A stretch of 64,000 nt of DNA, from positions 490,382 through 554,381 of the forward strand of contig CAVZNL010000004.1 of NCBI GenBank assembly GCA_963776655.1, given 5' to 3'. The notes beneath the pieces were generated by a model. It saw only the letters and a program-made list of their open reading frames with translations, ran no database searches and was not told where the DNA came from. The position numbers were made by a program, and so were the translations under genes. The DNA comes from an uncultured Alphaproteobacteria bacterium. GTDB lineage: Bacteria > Pseudomonadota > Alphaproteobacteria > Rhizobiales > Methyloligellaceae. Shown in pieces: positions 21,964 to 31,303 of the stretch (position 1 is its first letter; every line of letters begins with the position of its first letter).

Positions 21964-23139
21964 CTACTCGGCGTTCGCAGCCTGATCGTTCATATGCTTG
22001 GTGGGGTCCACGGGACGCGATCCCTTGCGCAGCTCGAAATGGACCTGCGGCTGGCTCACGGCGCCCGTGGCGCCGGCCTTGGCAATGATCTGGCCGCGCC
22101 GCACCTTGTCGCCCCGCTTGACCAGGAGTTCCGCGTTATTGGCGTAGGCCGAGACCCAATTATTGGCGTGCCGGACCAGCACGAGATTGCCGTATCCCTT
22201 GAGCTCGTTCCCGGCATAGGCGACGACGCCGTTCTCCGCGGCTTTTACCGACGTGCCCTGCGGGACCGCGACATCTATGCCGTCATTGTGGCCGCCGTCC
22301 GGGCGCGTTCCAAAGCCTGAGATGACGCGGCCCTTGACCGGCCAGCGGAAGCTGTTGCCCGCCATGGGATCGGGCGCCGGCAATTGATCGACGCGCGCGA
22401 CACGCGGGGCACGTTCGCCGGTCGTCTCCGGCGATGCGGCAATGTCGTCCGCCGCGTTTTCCCGCTCGTTGTCGGCGGTGTTGTTCGCTTTTGCGCTTTC
22501 CTTGGCGCCCGCACCCTCGCCGGCAGCCTCCACCTCCTCTTCCTCGGCAAGGGAGGTTGCTTCCGGCGCGCGGATGGTCTCTGTCTTCACCACGCGCACG
22601 TTCGGCGCAGGCTTCGCCACCTTGGCCGCTTTCGCGGCCGACACGCCGGGCATGACCAGTTCCTGCCCGACCGCAAGACGCCCGTCGGGAAGATTGTTGG
22701 CGCTGACGATCGCCTCAACCGGAACACCGTAGCGGCGCGAGAGGCTGGAGAGCGTATCGCCCTTCGCGACCTTGACGCGGTGCCCCTGAACATCCCTGGG
22801 CGGATAGGTCGCCTCCGGGGCACCCATGCGTCTTTCGGGCGCGGGCGAATAGGCGGCGTTCGGACGTGGCGAGTAGGACGGCGGCGGTAGAGCGGCCCGC
22901 TCGAGCCGCGCATCGGCTCCCGACCCCGGGCTATAAACCGACTCTTCGGGAACCGGCAGCGACGAAGTCGCCGCGAGATCGGCATTGCCGCTTTCGTCGG
23001 AGCCGTTGAGGCTGAAGGCCGGAAAATCGAAGCGCGATACGCTCGAGCTGCAGCCGGAGACGGCCAGGCCTGAACACGCGGCCACGAGCGCCAGAAAAAC
23101 GCCCCGGCCAGACTCCGACAAGAACGACGCCCGCCGCAT
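21964..23139 (-). CDS. nlpD: LysM + M23 peptidase lipoprotein (NlpD/DipM-like)
   Basis: Lipobox VSGC, LysM (VAKGDTLSSLSRRYGV), M23 (FRWPVKGRVISGFG...VHFELR). Confidence 0.88.
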   Translation of the reverse strand: MRRASFLSESGRGVFLALVAACSGLAVSGCSSSVSRFDFPAFSLNGSDESGNADLAATSSLPVPEESVYSPGSGADARLERAALPPPSYSPRPNAAYSPAPERRMGAPEATYPPRDVQGHRVKVAKGDTLSSLSRRYGVPVEAIVSANNLPDGRLAVGQELVMPGVSAAKAAKVAKPAPNVRVVKTETIRAPEATSLAEEEEVEAAGEGAGAKESAKANNTADNERENAADDIAASPETTGERAPRVARVDQLPAPDPMAGNSFRWPVKGRVISGFGTRPDGGHNDGIDVAVPQGTSVKAAENGVVAYAGNELKGYGNLVLVRHANNWVSAYANNAELLVKRGDKVRRGQIIAKAGATGAVSQPQVHFELRKGSRPVDPTKHMNDQAANAE

Positions 23140-23192
23140 CCCTCTTACGCCCCTCAAACTACCCGTCACCGACAAGTAAAGCCCCGATGCGG

Positions 23193-23207
23193 TTAACAAG
23201 CTGTTAG
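23193..23207. promoter_or_regulatory. CtrA-like box upstream of nlpD
   Basis: TTAA-CAAGCTG-TTAG, one mismatch to TTAA-N7-TTAA. Confidence 0.45.
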
Positions 23208-23245
23208 CCCTCGGGCGGAGCAAGAAAGTTTCGACGGAAAGAGGG

Positions 23246-23932
23246 TTAGGCCTCTTCAGGCTTGGCGGCGCGCGGCCCCTTCAGAGCGCGCGCGGCGACC
23301 CCTGCCCTGCCGGGCACCAGCGGCACGAAACGGACAGGAAGCAACGGCGTCTCGGCGAGCCCCCCCTCAGTCTTGTCGATCTGCATGAGTTGTTGGGTGT
23401 CGCGCGTCTCGCCCAGGGGAATGATCATGCGGCCGCCCGGCTTCAGCTGATCGAGCAAGGCCGGCGGCGCGTGCCTTGCCGCCGCGGTGACGATGATGCG
23501 ATCGAAGGGGGCTTGCGGCGGCCAGCCGAGCCAGCCGTCGCCGATGATCGTGGTCACGTTGGTGATGCCGAGCTTGGCGAAACGCCGCTCGGCCGCCTTC
23601 TGCAATTCCCGCCAGCGCTCGACGGTATAGACCCGGCGGCAGAGATGCGAGAGCACGGCGGCCTGGTAGCCGGAGCCGGTGCCGATCTCCAGCACCTTGT
23701 GCCGCTCGTTCAGTTCGAGATTTTCGGTCATGAAGGCGACGACATAAGGCTGGGAGATGGTCTGCCCGCAATCGATGGGGAGCGGGATGTCCTGATAGGC
23801 ATGGCCGGCGAAGGCGGGATCGACGAACAGGTCGCGCGGCACCCGCTCGATGGCGCGCAGCACGGCATTGTCGCGAATGCCGCGACGCCTGAGCTGCATG
23901 ATCAACTCGATCTGGTCCTGCGCGCTGGCCAT
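23246..23932 (-). CDS. pcm: Protein-L-isoaspartate O-methyltransferase
   Basis: GQTISQPYVVA, VLEIGTGSGYQAA, APFDRIIVTAA. Confidence 0.95.
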   Translation of the reverse strand: MASAQDQIELIMQLRRRGIRDNAVLRAIERVPRDLFVDPAFAGHAYQDIPLPIDCGQTISQPYVVAFMTENLELNERHKVLEIGTGSGYQAAVLSHLCRRVYTVERWRELQKAAERRFAKLGITNVTTIIGDGWLGWPPQAPFDRIIVTAAARHAPPALLDQLKPGGRMIIPLGETRDTQQLMQIDKTEGGLAETPLLPVRFVPLVPGRAGVAARALKGPRAAKPEEA

Positions 23933-24038
23933 GGCCGGTCCCACCCGCTCGGTGGCTCAAGCCCAACATATCCGAGGATTCTTAGCACCGGTTTGGGAAA
24001 GTGTTGTGTCCGCCGCGCTTTCGCTCGGGGCGCGGCCG

Positions 24039-25433
24039 TCACTTCGAGGCTGCAATCCTGGTCATGCCGCCCATATAGGGCTGCAACGCCTCAGGCACGG
24101 TGATCGAGCCGTCGGCCTCCTGGTAATTCTCGAGCACCGCGATGAGCGCGCGGCCGACGGCGACGCCCGAGCCGTTCAACGTGTGCACGAGGCGGGGCTG
24201 CCTCTCGCCCTTGGGCCGGTAGCGCGCATTCATGCGGCGGGCCTGGAAGTCGCCGCAATTGGAGCAGGAGGAGATCTCGCGATAGGCCCCCTGCCCCGGC
24301 AGCCACACTTCGATGTCGTAGGTCTTCTGCGCGGCGAAGCCCATGTCGCCGGTCGAGAGCACGACGGTCCGGAACGGAATTTCGAGTCGCTTCAGAACCT
24401 CCTCCGCGCATTTCGTCATGCGCTCGTGCTCTTCGGCCGATTGCTCCGGCGTGGTGATGGAGACGAGCTCGACCTTGGAGAATTGGTGCTGACGGATCAT
24501 GCCGCGGGTGTCCTTGCCGGCGGCGCCGGCCTCCGCACGGAAGCACGGCGTCCAGGCGGTGACGCGCATGGGCAAGCCCGCCTCGTCGACGATGTCTTCG
24601 CGCACGAGATTGGTGAGCGGCACCTCCGCCGTCGGAATGAGCCAAAGTTTTTGTGAGAATTCGAGTACCGATAACCTATCCGGCGTTCCTCCAGCCCTCT
24701 CTTCCACATCGAAATCGACGGAAGTATGAGCAATCTCATCGAGTGTGACGCCTCTCCCCGCCTGGAACTGGTCCTCCGCAAATTTCGGCAGTTGCGCCGT
24801 GCCGAACATGGTGTCGTCGCGCACGAGAAGCGGCGGGTTGATCTCGGTATAGCCGTGCTCGCTCGTATGCAGGTCGAGCATGAACTGGGCCAGCGCCCGT
24901 TCGAGCCGCGCAAGAGGTCCTTTCAGGACGACGAACCGCGCGCCCGACAGTTTGGCTGCGGTCTCGAAATCCATGAGCCCGAGCGCCTCGCCGAGCTCGA
25001 AATGCTGCTTCGGCTGGAACGGAAATTTCTTCGGCTTGCCGACCTCACGCAGAACCTTGTTGGCGCCGGCGTCGGCGCCGACCGGCACATCGGGCGCGGG
25101 GTGGTTGGGAACGTTGGCGAGCAGCGTGTTCAACTCGTGATCGAGCCGCTTCTCCTCGGCCTCGCCCTCCTGGATCGTGGTCTTGAGGGCTGCGACCTCG
25201 TCCATGAGGCGCTTGGCAGTCCCCTCGTCCTTCTTGGCCTTGGCGCTGCCGATCTCCTTCGAGAGGGCGTTGCGGCTCGCCTGCGCCTCCTGCAATTGCT
25301 GAATCGTCTTACGGCGTTGCTCGTCGAGGCTCAGGATGCGTTTCAAGGCCGCGCGCGGATCGTCGAAGCCGCGATGGGTCAGCCCCTCGATGAAGGACTC
25401 TTGATTATCGCGGATCCATTTGATGTCGAGCAC
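24039..25433 (-). CDS. serS: Serine--tRNA ligase (GTG start)
   Basis: [45 protein letters not shown]. Confidence 0.98.
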   Translation of the reverse strand: MLDIKWIRDNQESFIEGLTHRGFDDPRAALKRILSLDEQRRKTIQQLQEAQASRNALSKEIGSAKAKKDEGTAKRLMDEVAALKTTIQEGEAEEKRLDHELNTLLANVPNHPAPDVPVGADAGANKVLREVGKPKKFPFQPKQHFELGEALGLMDFETAAKLSGARFVVLKGPLARLERALAQFMLDLHTSEHGYTEINPPLLVRDDTMFGTAQLPKFAEDQFQAGRGVTLDEIAHTSVDFDVEERAGGTPDRLSVLEFSQKLWLIPTAEVPLTNLVREDIVDEAGLPMRVTAWTPCFRAEAGAAGKDTRGMIRQHQFSKVELVSITTPEQSAEEHERMTKCAEEVLKRLEIPFRTVVLSTGDMGFAAQKTYDIEVWLPGQGAYREISSCSNCGDFQARRMNARYRPKGERQPRLVHTLNGSGVAVGRALIAVLENYQEADGSITVPEALQPYMGGMTRIAASK

Positions 25434-25574
25434 GGCGTGGGCTTGTCCGCTTCGGCGATTCAGTTGCGCCTCTATAACCCGTCAGGTGGGCAAAGCGAAG
25501 CGTGGCTCTTGTGTCGCCCGAGGATAAGAGCCGATGCCCGTTTTCCCTCCCCTGAAACCGAGCAGGATTGCACG

Positions 25575-26405
25575 CTAGGCCGGTTTGCCGGCGGGACTGC
25601 CCGCAGGCTTCGCGGCCGTAGCCGCGGCGGCGGCAGCCTTTGTGGCGGCATGCTTCTTTTCGGCGAGCTTCACCGCGTAAATGGACAGCTCGTAAAGCAG
25701 CACGGTCGGCACGGCGAGCGCGATCTGGCTGACCGGATCGGGCGGGGTCAGCACGGCGGCGACCACGAACACGGCGAAAATCGCGTGGCGGCGATAGCGC
25801 TTCAGCCCGTCGGCGGTGATCAGCCCGGAGCGGGCGAGCAGCGTCAGCAGCACCGGCAACTGAAAGCAGATGCCGAAACCGAGGATCAGCGCCATGATGA
25901 GCGACAGATATTCGCTGACCCGCGCGGTGAGGTGGATCTGCACCTGCGAGTCGCCCGTCTGCTGCATCGACAGGAAGAATTTCATGGCGAGCGGCATCGC
26001 CATGAAATAGACGAGCGCCGCCCCGAGCAGAAACAGGACCGGCGTGGCGATGAGGAAAGGCAGAAAGGCCTGGCGCTCGTTGCGATAAAGCCCCGGCGCC
26101 ACGAACATATAGATCTGCGAGGCGAGCACCGGAAAGGCGATGAACACCGCGCCGAAGAAAGCGAGCTTGACCTGGGTGAAGAAGAACTCCTGGGGCGCGG
26201 TGTAGATCAGCTCGATCGGCGCGTCGGTGCCGGCAGCGAGCCGATAGGGGTACAGCAGGACATTGTAGATCGGCTTGGCGAACCAGAAGCAGACAAGAAA
26301 GGCGGCGAACACCGCCAGCAGTCCCCACATCAGCCGGCGCCTGAGCTCGACGAGATGCTCCATCAAAGGGGCCTTGCTCGCCTCGATGTCCTCCTCCTCC
26401 GTCAT
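25575..26405 (-). CDS. tatC: Twin-arginine translocase TatC
   Basis: PLMEHLVELRRRL, FVAPGLY, TPPDPVSQ. Confidence 0.97.
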   Translation of the reverse strand: MTEEEDIEASKAPLMEHLVELRRRLMWGLLAVFAAFLVCFWFAKPIYNVLLYPYRLAAGTDAPIELIYTAPQEFFFTQVKLAFFGAVFIAFPVLASQIYMFVAPGLYRNERQAFLPFLIATPVLFLLGAALVYFMAMPLAMKFFLSMQQTGDSQVQIHLTARVSEYLSLIMALILGFGICFQLPVLLTLLARSGLITADGLKRYRRHAIFAVFVVAAVLTPPDPVSQIALAVPTVLLYELSIYAVKLAEKKHAATKAAAAAATAAKPAGSPAGKPA

Positions 26406-26863
26406 GGACCGCCCTCGGCGCCGCTCTTGGCGCTCTTTCCGGGAGATTTCGCTTTAGGGGCCGCACGTTTTCGTTTCGGCTTCGCCGCCGGCATGGCCTG
26501 ATCGGGCGCGGGCCCAACCGGTGCCGGTTTTGCTTCCGGCGCCGGCGCGGCCTGATCGGACGCCGGCGCAACCAGTTGCGGTCTCGGTTCCGGCGTGTCC
26601 GGCATGAAGCGCTTTTCCATGGGCGCTTTCGCATCGAGCGCGGCGGTCTCGGTCCGCACGCTCTCGATCGCCTTCTTCACCTCGTCGATCTCGGCTTCGC
26701 GCATGGCGTCCTCGAACTGACGCTGAAACTCCGCGGCGGCGCGGCGGAGCTTGCCAGCATAGTGACCGAAGCCGCGCATGAGCTTGGGCAGCTCCTTCGG
26801 CCCGACCACCACGATCGCGACGACGGCGATGACGAGAAGCTCCGACCAACCGATGTCGAACAT
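26402..26863 (-). CDS. tatB: Twin-arginine translocase TatB
   Basis: MFDIGWSELLVIAVVAIVVVGPKELP. Confidence 0.96.
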   Translation of the reverse strand: MFDIGWSELLVIAVVAIVVVGPKELPKLMRGFGHYAGKLRRAAAEFQRQFEDAMREAEIDEVKKAIESVRTETAALDAKAPMEKRFMPDTPEPRPQLVAPASDQAAPAPEAKPAPVGPAPDQAMPAAKPKRKRAAPKAKSPGKSAKSGAEGGP

Positions 26864-26917
26864 GGGTCCGCTTCAGACGAGGGTTGCGCTTGGAGCGCAG
26901 GCAGACTTCCGGCGCGA

Positions 26918-27160
26918 CTAGCCCGTTTTCTGCTTGCGCGGGGCCTTGGCGCGAGAGGCCGTTTTGGGAGCGGGCTTGGCGCCCTGGTGCTCAAGGACCT
27001 TGGGCTTCTCGGCGGCCGCCTCTTCGTCCTCGGTGATTCCCTTCTTGAAGCTCTTGATGCCGTGGGCGACGTCGCCCATCAGCTCGGAAATCTTGCCGCG
27101 CCCGAAAAGGAGAACGAAGAGCACAAGCACGATCAGAATGTGCGACCAACTCAATCCCAT
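26918..27160 (-). CDS. tatA: Twin-arginine translocase TatA
   Basis: [25 protein letters not shown]. Confidence 0.96.
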   Translation of the reverse strand: MGLSWSHILIVLVLFVLLFGRGKISELMGDVAHGIKSFKKGITEDEEAAAEKPKVLEHQGAKPAPKTASRAKAPRKQKTG

Positions 27161-27273
27161 TACGAATCTCCATCGCACCCAGGGCCGGCTTCAGCCTTCA
27201 GGCGCGCTCCGGTTTCTCGGAAGCACTATGGCAGCAAAGGGAGGGCGGTCGCAAGCCAGCGAATCTTCGGCCC

Positions 27274-28431
27274 TCAAGCGGCGGGCCGGTCGCCGTTTCC
27301 CGCCTCGAACACCAGGACAGCGCCGCTGTCGATGGCGATGCCCACTTCCGCGCCCTGCGGCGGCACGTCGCTCTCCTTGATGCGGGCGAAGAGCGGCGCG
27401 TCGAGCCCCTGGACGGCCACTTCGACCAATGCCACGTCGCCGAGAAAGCGGGCATCGAGCACGCGGGCGGGTACACCGTTCCCCGCGGCCAGCAGGCGCA
27501 CCCCCCTCTGGCGCACGCAAACGATGGCCTCGGCACCCTCGGGCACCCCATTGGCGGCAAACCGGCCAAGCGCGGTCGCGGCGCTCCCGCCTTCGATGCG
27601 CGCGGCAAGCTCGTTCAAGTCGGAGAAGGTGCGCGCGGCGAGGATGTCCTTGGGCGCACGGTAGAGATCGAGCGCCTTGCCGGTCTGCACCACCTGACCT
27701 TGTCGCATCAGCGCCACGCGGTCGCCCATGCGCATGGCCTCCTCGGCGTCGTGGGTGACGACGATCGCGGTGGCGCGCGTCTCATGCAGGACGGCGAGCG
27801 TCTCCTCGCGCATCCTTTCCCTGAGGCGCGAGTCGAGCCCCGAGAACGGCTCGTCCATGAGCAGGACACTCGGGCGCGGCGCGATGGCTCTGGCAAGCGC
27901 CACGCGCTGCTGCTCGCCGCCGGAGAGGATATGCGGATATTCGCCGGCATAGTGGGCGAGACCGACCCGCTCGAGTGCTGCGTGCGCCTCGGCCTTGGCT
28001 TCGCTTCGCGTCAGCGATTTGAGGCCGAAGGCGACATTGTCGCGGATGGTCAAATGCGGGAAGAGCGCGAAGTCCTGGAACATGAGCCCGATCCCGCGCT
28101 TCTCCGGCGGAACGAAGCCGTTCGGTCCGGCGACTTCCTGGCCGTCGAGGAGGATCGAGCCGGAGGATGGACGCTCAACCCCGGCGGCGACCCTGAGCAA
28201 GGTGGATTTGCCGCAACCGGACGGCCCGAGCAGGCAGAGGACCTCAGAGGGCGCAATGTCGAGGCTGACCCGGTCGAGCGCCAGGATTTCGCCATAACGG
28301 CGCGACACGCCCTCCAAAATGAGGCGTGCGGCGAAAGTGACGGCAGCCTTGCCCCGGCCGGTGTCGCTCGCCCACTTGCCGCCGCGGCCGGCGGCCGCGC
28401 CGAGCGCGCGCGATCTCAGAAACTTCAGCAT
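27274..28431 (-). CDS. ABC transporter ATP-binding protein (FbpC/PotA-like)
   Basis: GPSGCGKS, MFQDFALFPH, LSGGEQQR, DEPFS; TOBE-like C-terminus. Confidence 0.92.
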   Translation of the reverse strand: MLKFLRSRALGAAAGRGGKWASDTGRGKAAVTFAARLILEGVSRRYGEILALDRVSLDIAPSEVLCLLGPSGCGKSTLLRVAAGVERPSSGSILLDGQEVAGPNGFVPPEKRGIGLMFQDFALFPHLTIRDNVAFGLKSLTRSEAKAEAHAALERVGLAHYAGEYPHILSGGEQQRVALARAIAPRPSVLLMDEPFSGLDSRLRERMREETLAVLHETRATAIVVTHDAEEAMRMGDRVALMRQGQVVQTGKALDLYRAPKDILAARTFSDLNELAARIEGGSAATALGRFAANGVPEGAEAIVCVRQRGVRLLAAGNGVPARVLDARFLGDVALVEVAVQGLDAPLFARIKESDVPPQGAEVGIAIDSGAVLVFEAGNGDRPAA

Positions 28432-28550
28432 GGCGCTGATCTACGCACTCGCCGCCGAAAGGGCAACTGCTCGCGGGATGCTGAAACCTATCCAGGCACC
28501 AAGGCAGGTCCATCCGCCTCACAAGCGAAGGTAGACAGGCTGGTCGAGGA

Positions 28551-29330
28551 TCACGTGGACTCGTCGTGACCCTCGTCTTCGCCTTCGCCGAGCGGCTCGG
28601 CCGCAAGGGGCTCGTCCTCGAGCGGCTCTTCATCGTCGCGCAGATCGGGTGCATCGTCGGGGTTTGGCAAGGAAAAGCCGGGCGGCAGGTTGGAATCGAG
28701 GAGGCCCGCCCCCTTCAGTTCGTTGAGGCCGGGAAGGTCCTGGATCGAGTCGAAACCGAAATGGGTGAGGAAGGCCTCGGTCGTGCCATAGGTCACGGGA
28801 CGTCCAGGCGCCCGCCGCCGCCCGCGCATCTTGATCCAATCGGTCTCGAGCAGCACGTCGATCGTGCCCTTCGAGGTGCTTACGCCTCTGATCTCCTCGA
28901 TCTCGGCGCGGGTCACCGGCTGGTGGTAGGCAATGATGGCGAGCGTCTCCAGCGCCGCACGCGACAGGCGGCGCTGCTCGACCGCCTGCTTCTCGAGCAG
29001 GAAGGAGAGATCGTCGGCGGTGCGGAACGCCCATTTACCGGCGACGCGCACCAGATTGACGCCGCGCCCGTCGTAAAGGCTCTGCAACTCCTCGAGCAGG
29101 GCCTTCACATCTTCGCCTTCGATGAAGTGCCGCGCCAACGCCTGCTCGTCCAGGGGTTCGGCGGCGGCAAAGAGCAGCGCCTCGACGATGCGCAACTTCT
29201 CGCGCCGGTCGGTCGACTGCAACTTGATCACATTGGAGGGGAGCGGCAGAGGAAGGCGCGGTCGGCCTCGCTCGCGCTCCGTCTCGTCTTCCGGCATTGC
29301 CTCGACCTTACTCAGTTGCTTCGCTGTCAT
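28551..29330 (-). CDS. scpB: SMC-Scp complex subunit ScpB
   Basis: EALLFAA, LSRAALETLAIIAYHQPVTRAEIEEIRGV, GRPVTYGTT. Confidence 0.96.
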   Translation of the reverse strand: MTAKQLSKVEAMPEDETERERGRPRLPLPLPSNVIKLQSTDRREKLRIVEALLFAAAEPLDEQALARHFIEGEDVKALLEELQSLYDGRGVNLVRVAGKWAFRTADDLSFLLEKQAVEQRRLSRAALETLAIIAYHQPVTRAEIEEIRGVSTSKGTIDVLLETDWIKMRGRRRAPGRPVTYGTTEAFLTHFGFDSIQDLPGLNELKGAGLLDSNLPPGFSLPNPDDAPDLRDDEEPLEDEPLAAEPLGEGEDEGHDEST

Positions 29331-29366
29331 CCCCGTCCTCGTTGTTGTTGCTCGCTATGAAAGCAA

Positions 29367-30194
29367 TCATGCGGCGCGCTCGCGGCGGCGGATCAAGAGC
29401 GGCGCAAAAGATTTCGACTGACGCAGTTCGAGCGCGCCCTCGCGCGTCATTTCCAAAGTGGCGGTGAAACTCGACGCCAGCGCCGTGCGCCGAAGCTCGG
29501 GATCAACGAGGAACTCGGCGAGCAGCCGATCGAGCGGCGCCCAGTCGAGATCGATGCCGAGCAGCCGCTCAAGCTCGCCGCGCGCATCCTTCAACGACCA
29601 CACGCTGCGCGGCGGCATCCGCAAGCTGCGTACCGCCATGCGCTGGCGTTGCTGCGAATAGGCCTTGAGCAGGTCGTAGACATTGGCGCCGTACACGCTG
29701 CTGCGCGTGATGCGTATCGGCTCCGGCAGCCCGCGGGCGAACACGTCGCGACCGAGGCGCTTGCGCGTCATCAGCTGGGCCGAGGCCTCGCGCATGGCGT
29801 CGAGCCGCTTCAGCCTGAAGGCGAGCAGAGCGGCAAGCTCGGCACCCGTCGGCTCGCCCTCCTCGGACGGCTCGGCCGGCAGCAACAGCTTCGACTTGAG
29901 GAAGGCGAGCCACGCCGCCATGACCAGATAGTCGGCCGCGATCTCGAGCCTGAGCCGCCGGACTTCGGTGATGAAATCGAGATATTGCTGGGCCAGCGCC
30001 AGCACCGAGATCTTGGCAAGATCGACCTTCTGAGTGCGGGCGAGCGCAAGCAAGAGGTCGAGCGGGCCTTCGAAGCCCTCGACGTCGACCACCAGACGGT
30101 CGCCCGGCTCGAGTTGAGGCTCGCCACCCTCCCACTCGGAGATCGCGTCATGACCTTGCGGGGTTTCGCCTATCGGGGTCTCGATTGCGCTCAT
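29367..30194 (-). CDS. scpA: SMC-Scp complex subunit ScpA
   Basis: FEGPLDLLL, AADYLVMAAWLAFLKSKLLLP. Confidence 0.96.
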   Translation of the reverse strand: MSAIETPIGETPQGHDAISEWEGGEPQLEPGDRLVVDVEGFEGPLDLLLALARTQKVDLAKISVLALAQQYLDFITEVRRLRLEIAADYLVMAAWLAFLKSKLLLPAEPSEEGEPTGAELAALLAFRLKRLDAMREASAQLMTRKRLGRDVFARGLPEPIRITRSSVYGANVYDLLKAYSQQRQRMAVRSLRMPPRSVWSLKDARGELERLLGIDLDWAPLDRLLAEFLVDPELRRTALASSFTATLEMTREGALELRQSKSFAPLLIRRRERAA

Positions 30195-31240
30195 GCCGGC
30201 ACCGTCGGGTCGCGGCCCAAACTTGCGACTTGCGTGCCTGCGGCCTCGGTCACCAGCGCCAAGGCCTCGGCGGCGTCGAACGGCTCCGGCTCGCGCAGAT
30301 CGGCGCGCGCGCGGGCAAAACGTTCGGCGGCAAGACCCCCGAGCGAGGGCACCGCGTCGCCGACCTCCATCATTTCGTCAAGGATGCCGCTGCAATGAAG
30401 GGCCACGTCGCAGCCCGCGTCGATCACGCCGCGGGCGCGCTCGGCGAGTGAGCCGCCAAGAGCCTTCATGCCGAGATCGTCGCTCATCACCAATCCTGTC
30501 AAGCCGATCCGATCACGAATCACTTCGCCCATTATAGCTGGCGAAACGCTCGCCGGTCGCCGGTCGTCGAAGGCGGGCAGAAGCACATGGGCGGTCATGG
30601 CGAGCGGCGCGTGGCGGAGCGCATGGAAGGGTCGAAAATCGACCGCGGCGAGGTCGGACGCGCTCGCATCGATGCGCGGCAGATCAAGATGGCTGTCGGC
30701 GGTCGCTCGCCCATGGCCGGGCACGTGCTTGATGACGGGCAGCACGCCGCCGGAAAGACAGCCCTCGATAACGGCCTGTCCCAAGGCGATCACCGTCTCT
30801 GGATCGGTGCCGTAGGCGCGGTCGCCGATAATCTCATGCGCTCCTCTTTGCGGCACGTCGAGGACAGGCATGGTGTTGACGGTAACGCCCAGATCGTGAA
30901 GCTCCTGCGCCGTCAGTCTCGCCCCGGCGAAGGCCGCGCGCTTTGCCATCTCGGGATCGCCCTCATACAAGCGCCCATAGCAGCGCGCGGGCGGCATGTT
31001 CCACCAATCGGGCGGCCGCAATCGCTGCACGCGGCCGCCTTCCTGGTCGATCACCACGAGGATTTCGTCGCTCGCGACGAACTCCTTGAAGGCGGCGATG
31101 AGCGCGCGGATTTGCGCCGGCGTTTGGCAATTGCGCCTGAACAGAATGAGCCCGCAGGGGCGCGCGGCGGCAAAGAAGCGGCGCTCGGCATCGTCGAGCG
31201 CGGTTCCCGCGCAGCCGGAGATGAAGGCCTTGAAGTCCAC
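30191..31240 (-). CDS. nagZ: Beta-N-acetylhexosaminidase (GH3)
   Basis: IDQEGGRVQRL, KHVPGHGRATADSH, MSDDLGM. Confidence 0.95.
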   Translation of the reverse strand: MDFKAFISGCAGTALDDAERRFFAAARPCGLILFRRNCQTPAQIRALIAAFKEFVASDEILVVIDQEGGRVQRLRPPDWWNMPPARCYGRLYEGDPEMAKRAAFAGARLTAQELHDLGVTVNTMPVLDVPQRGAHEIIGDRAYGTDPETVIALGQAVIEGCLSGGVLPVIKHVPGHGRATADSHLDLPRIDASASDLAAVDFRPFHALRHAPLAMTAHVLLPAFDDRRPASVSPAIMGEVIRDRIGLTGLVMSDDLGMKALGGSLAERARGVIDAGCDVALHCSGILDEMMEVGDAVPSLGGLAAERFARARADLREPEPFDAAEALALVTEAAGTQVASLGRDPTVPA

Positions 31241-31303
31241 GACGCGGGTTAGCTTGCGCCGCCGCTCACGGTCAAGGCCGGAAAAGCGCCGGACGCCTGC
31301 GCT

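Noticed and set aside
24646-24765. SerS insertion as an intein or intron
   Set aside because: Too short, in frame, and lacks Cys/Ser start, His-Asn end or any intron structure
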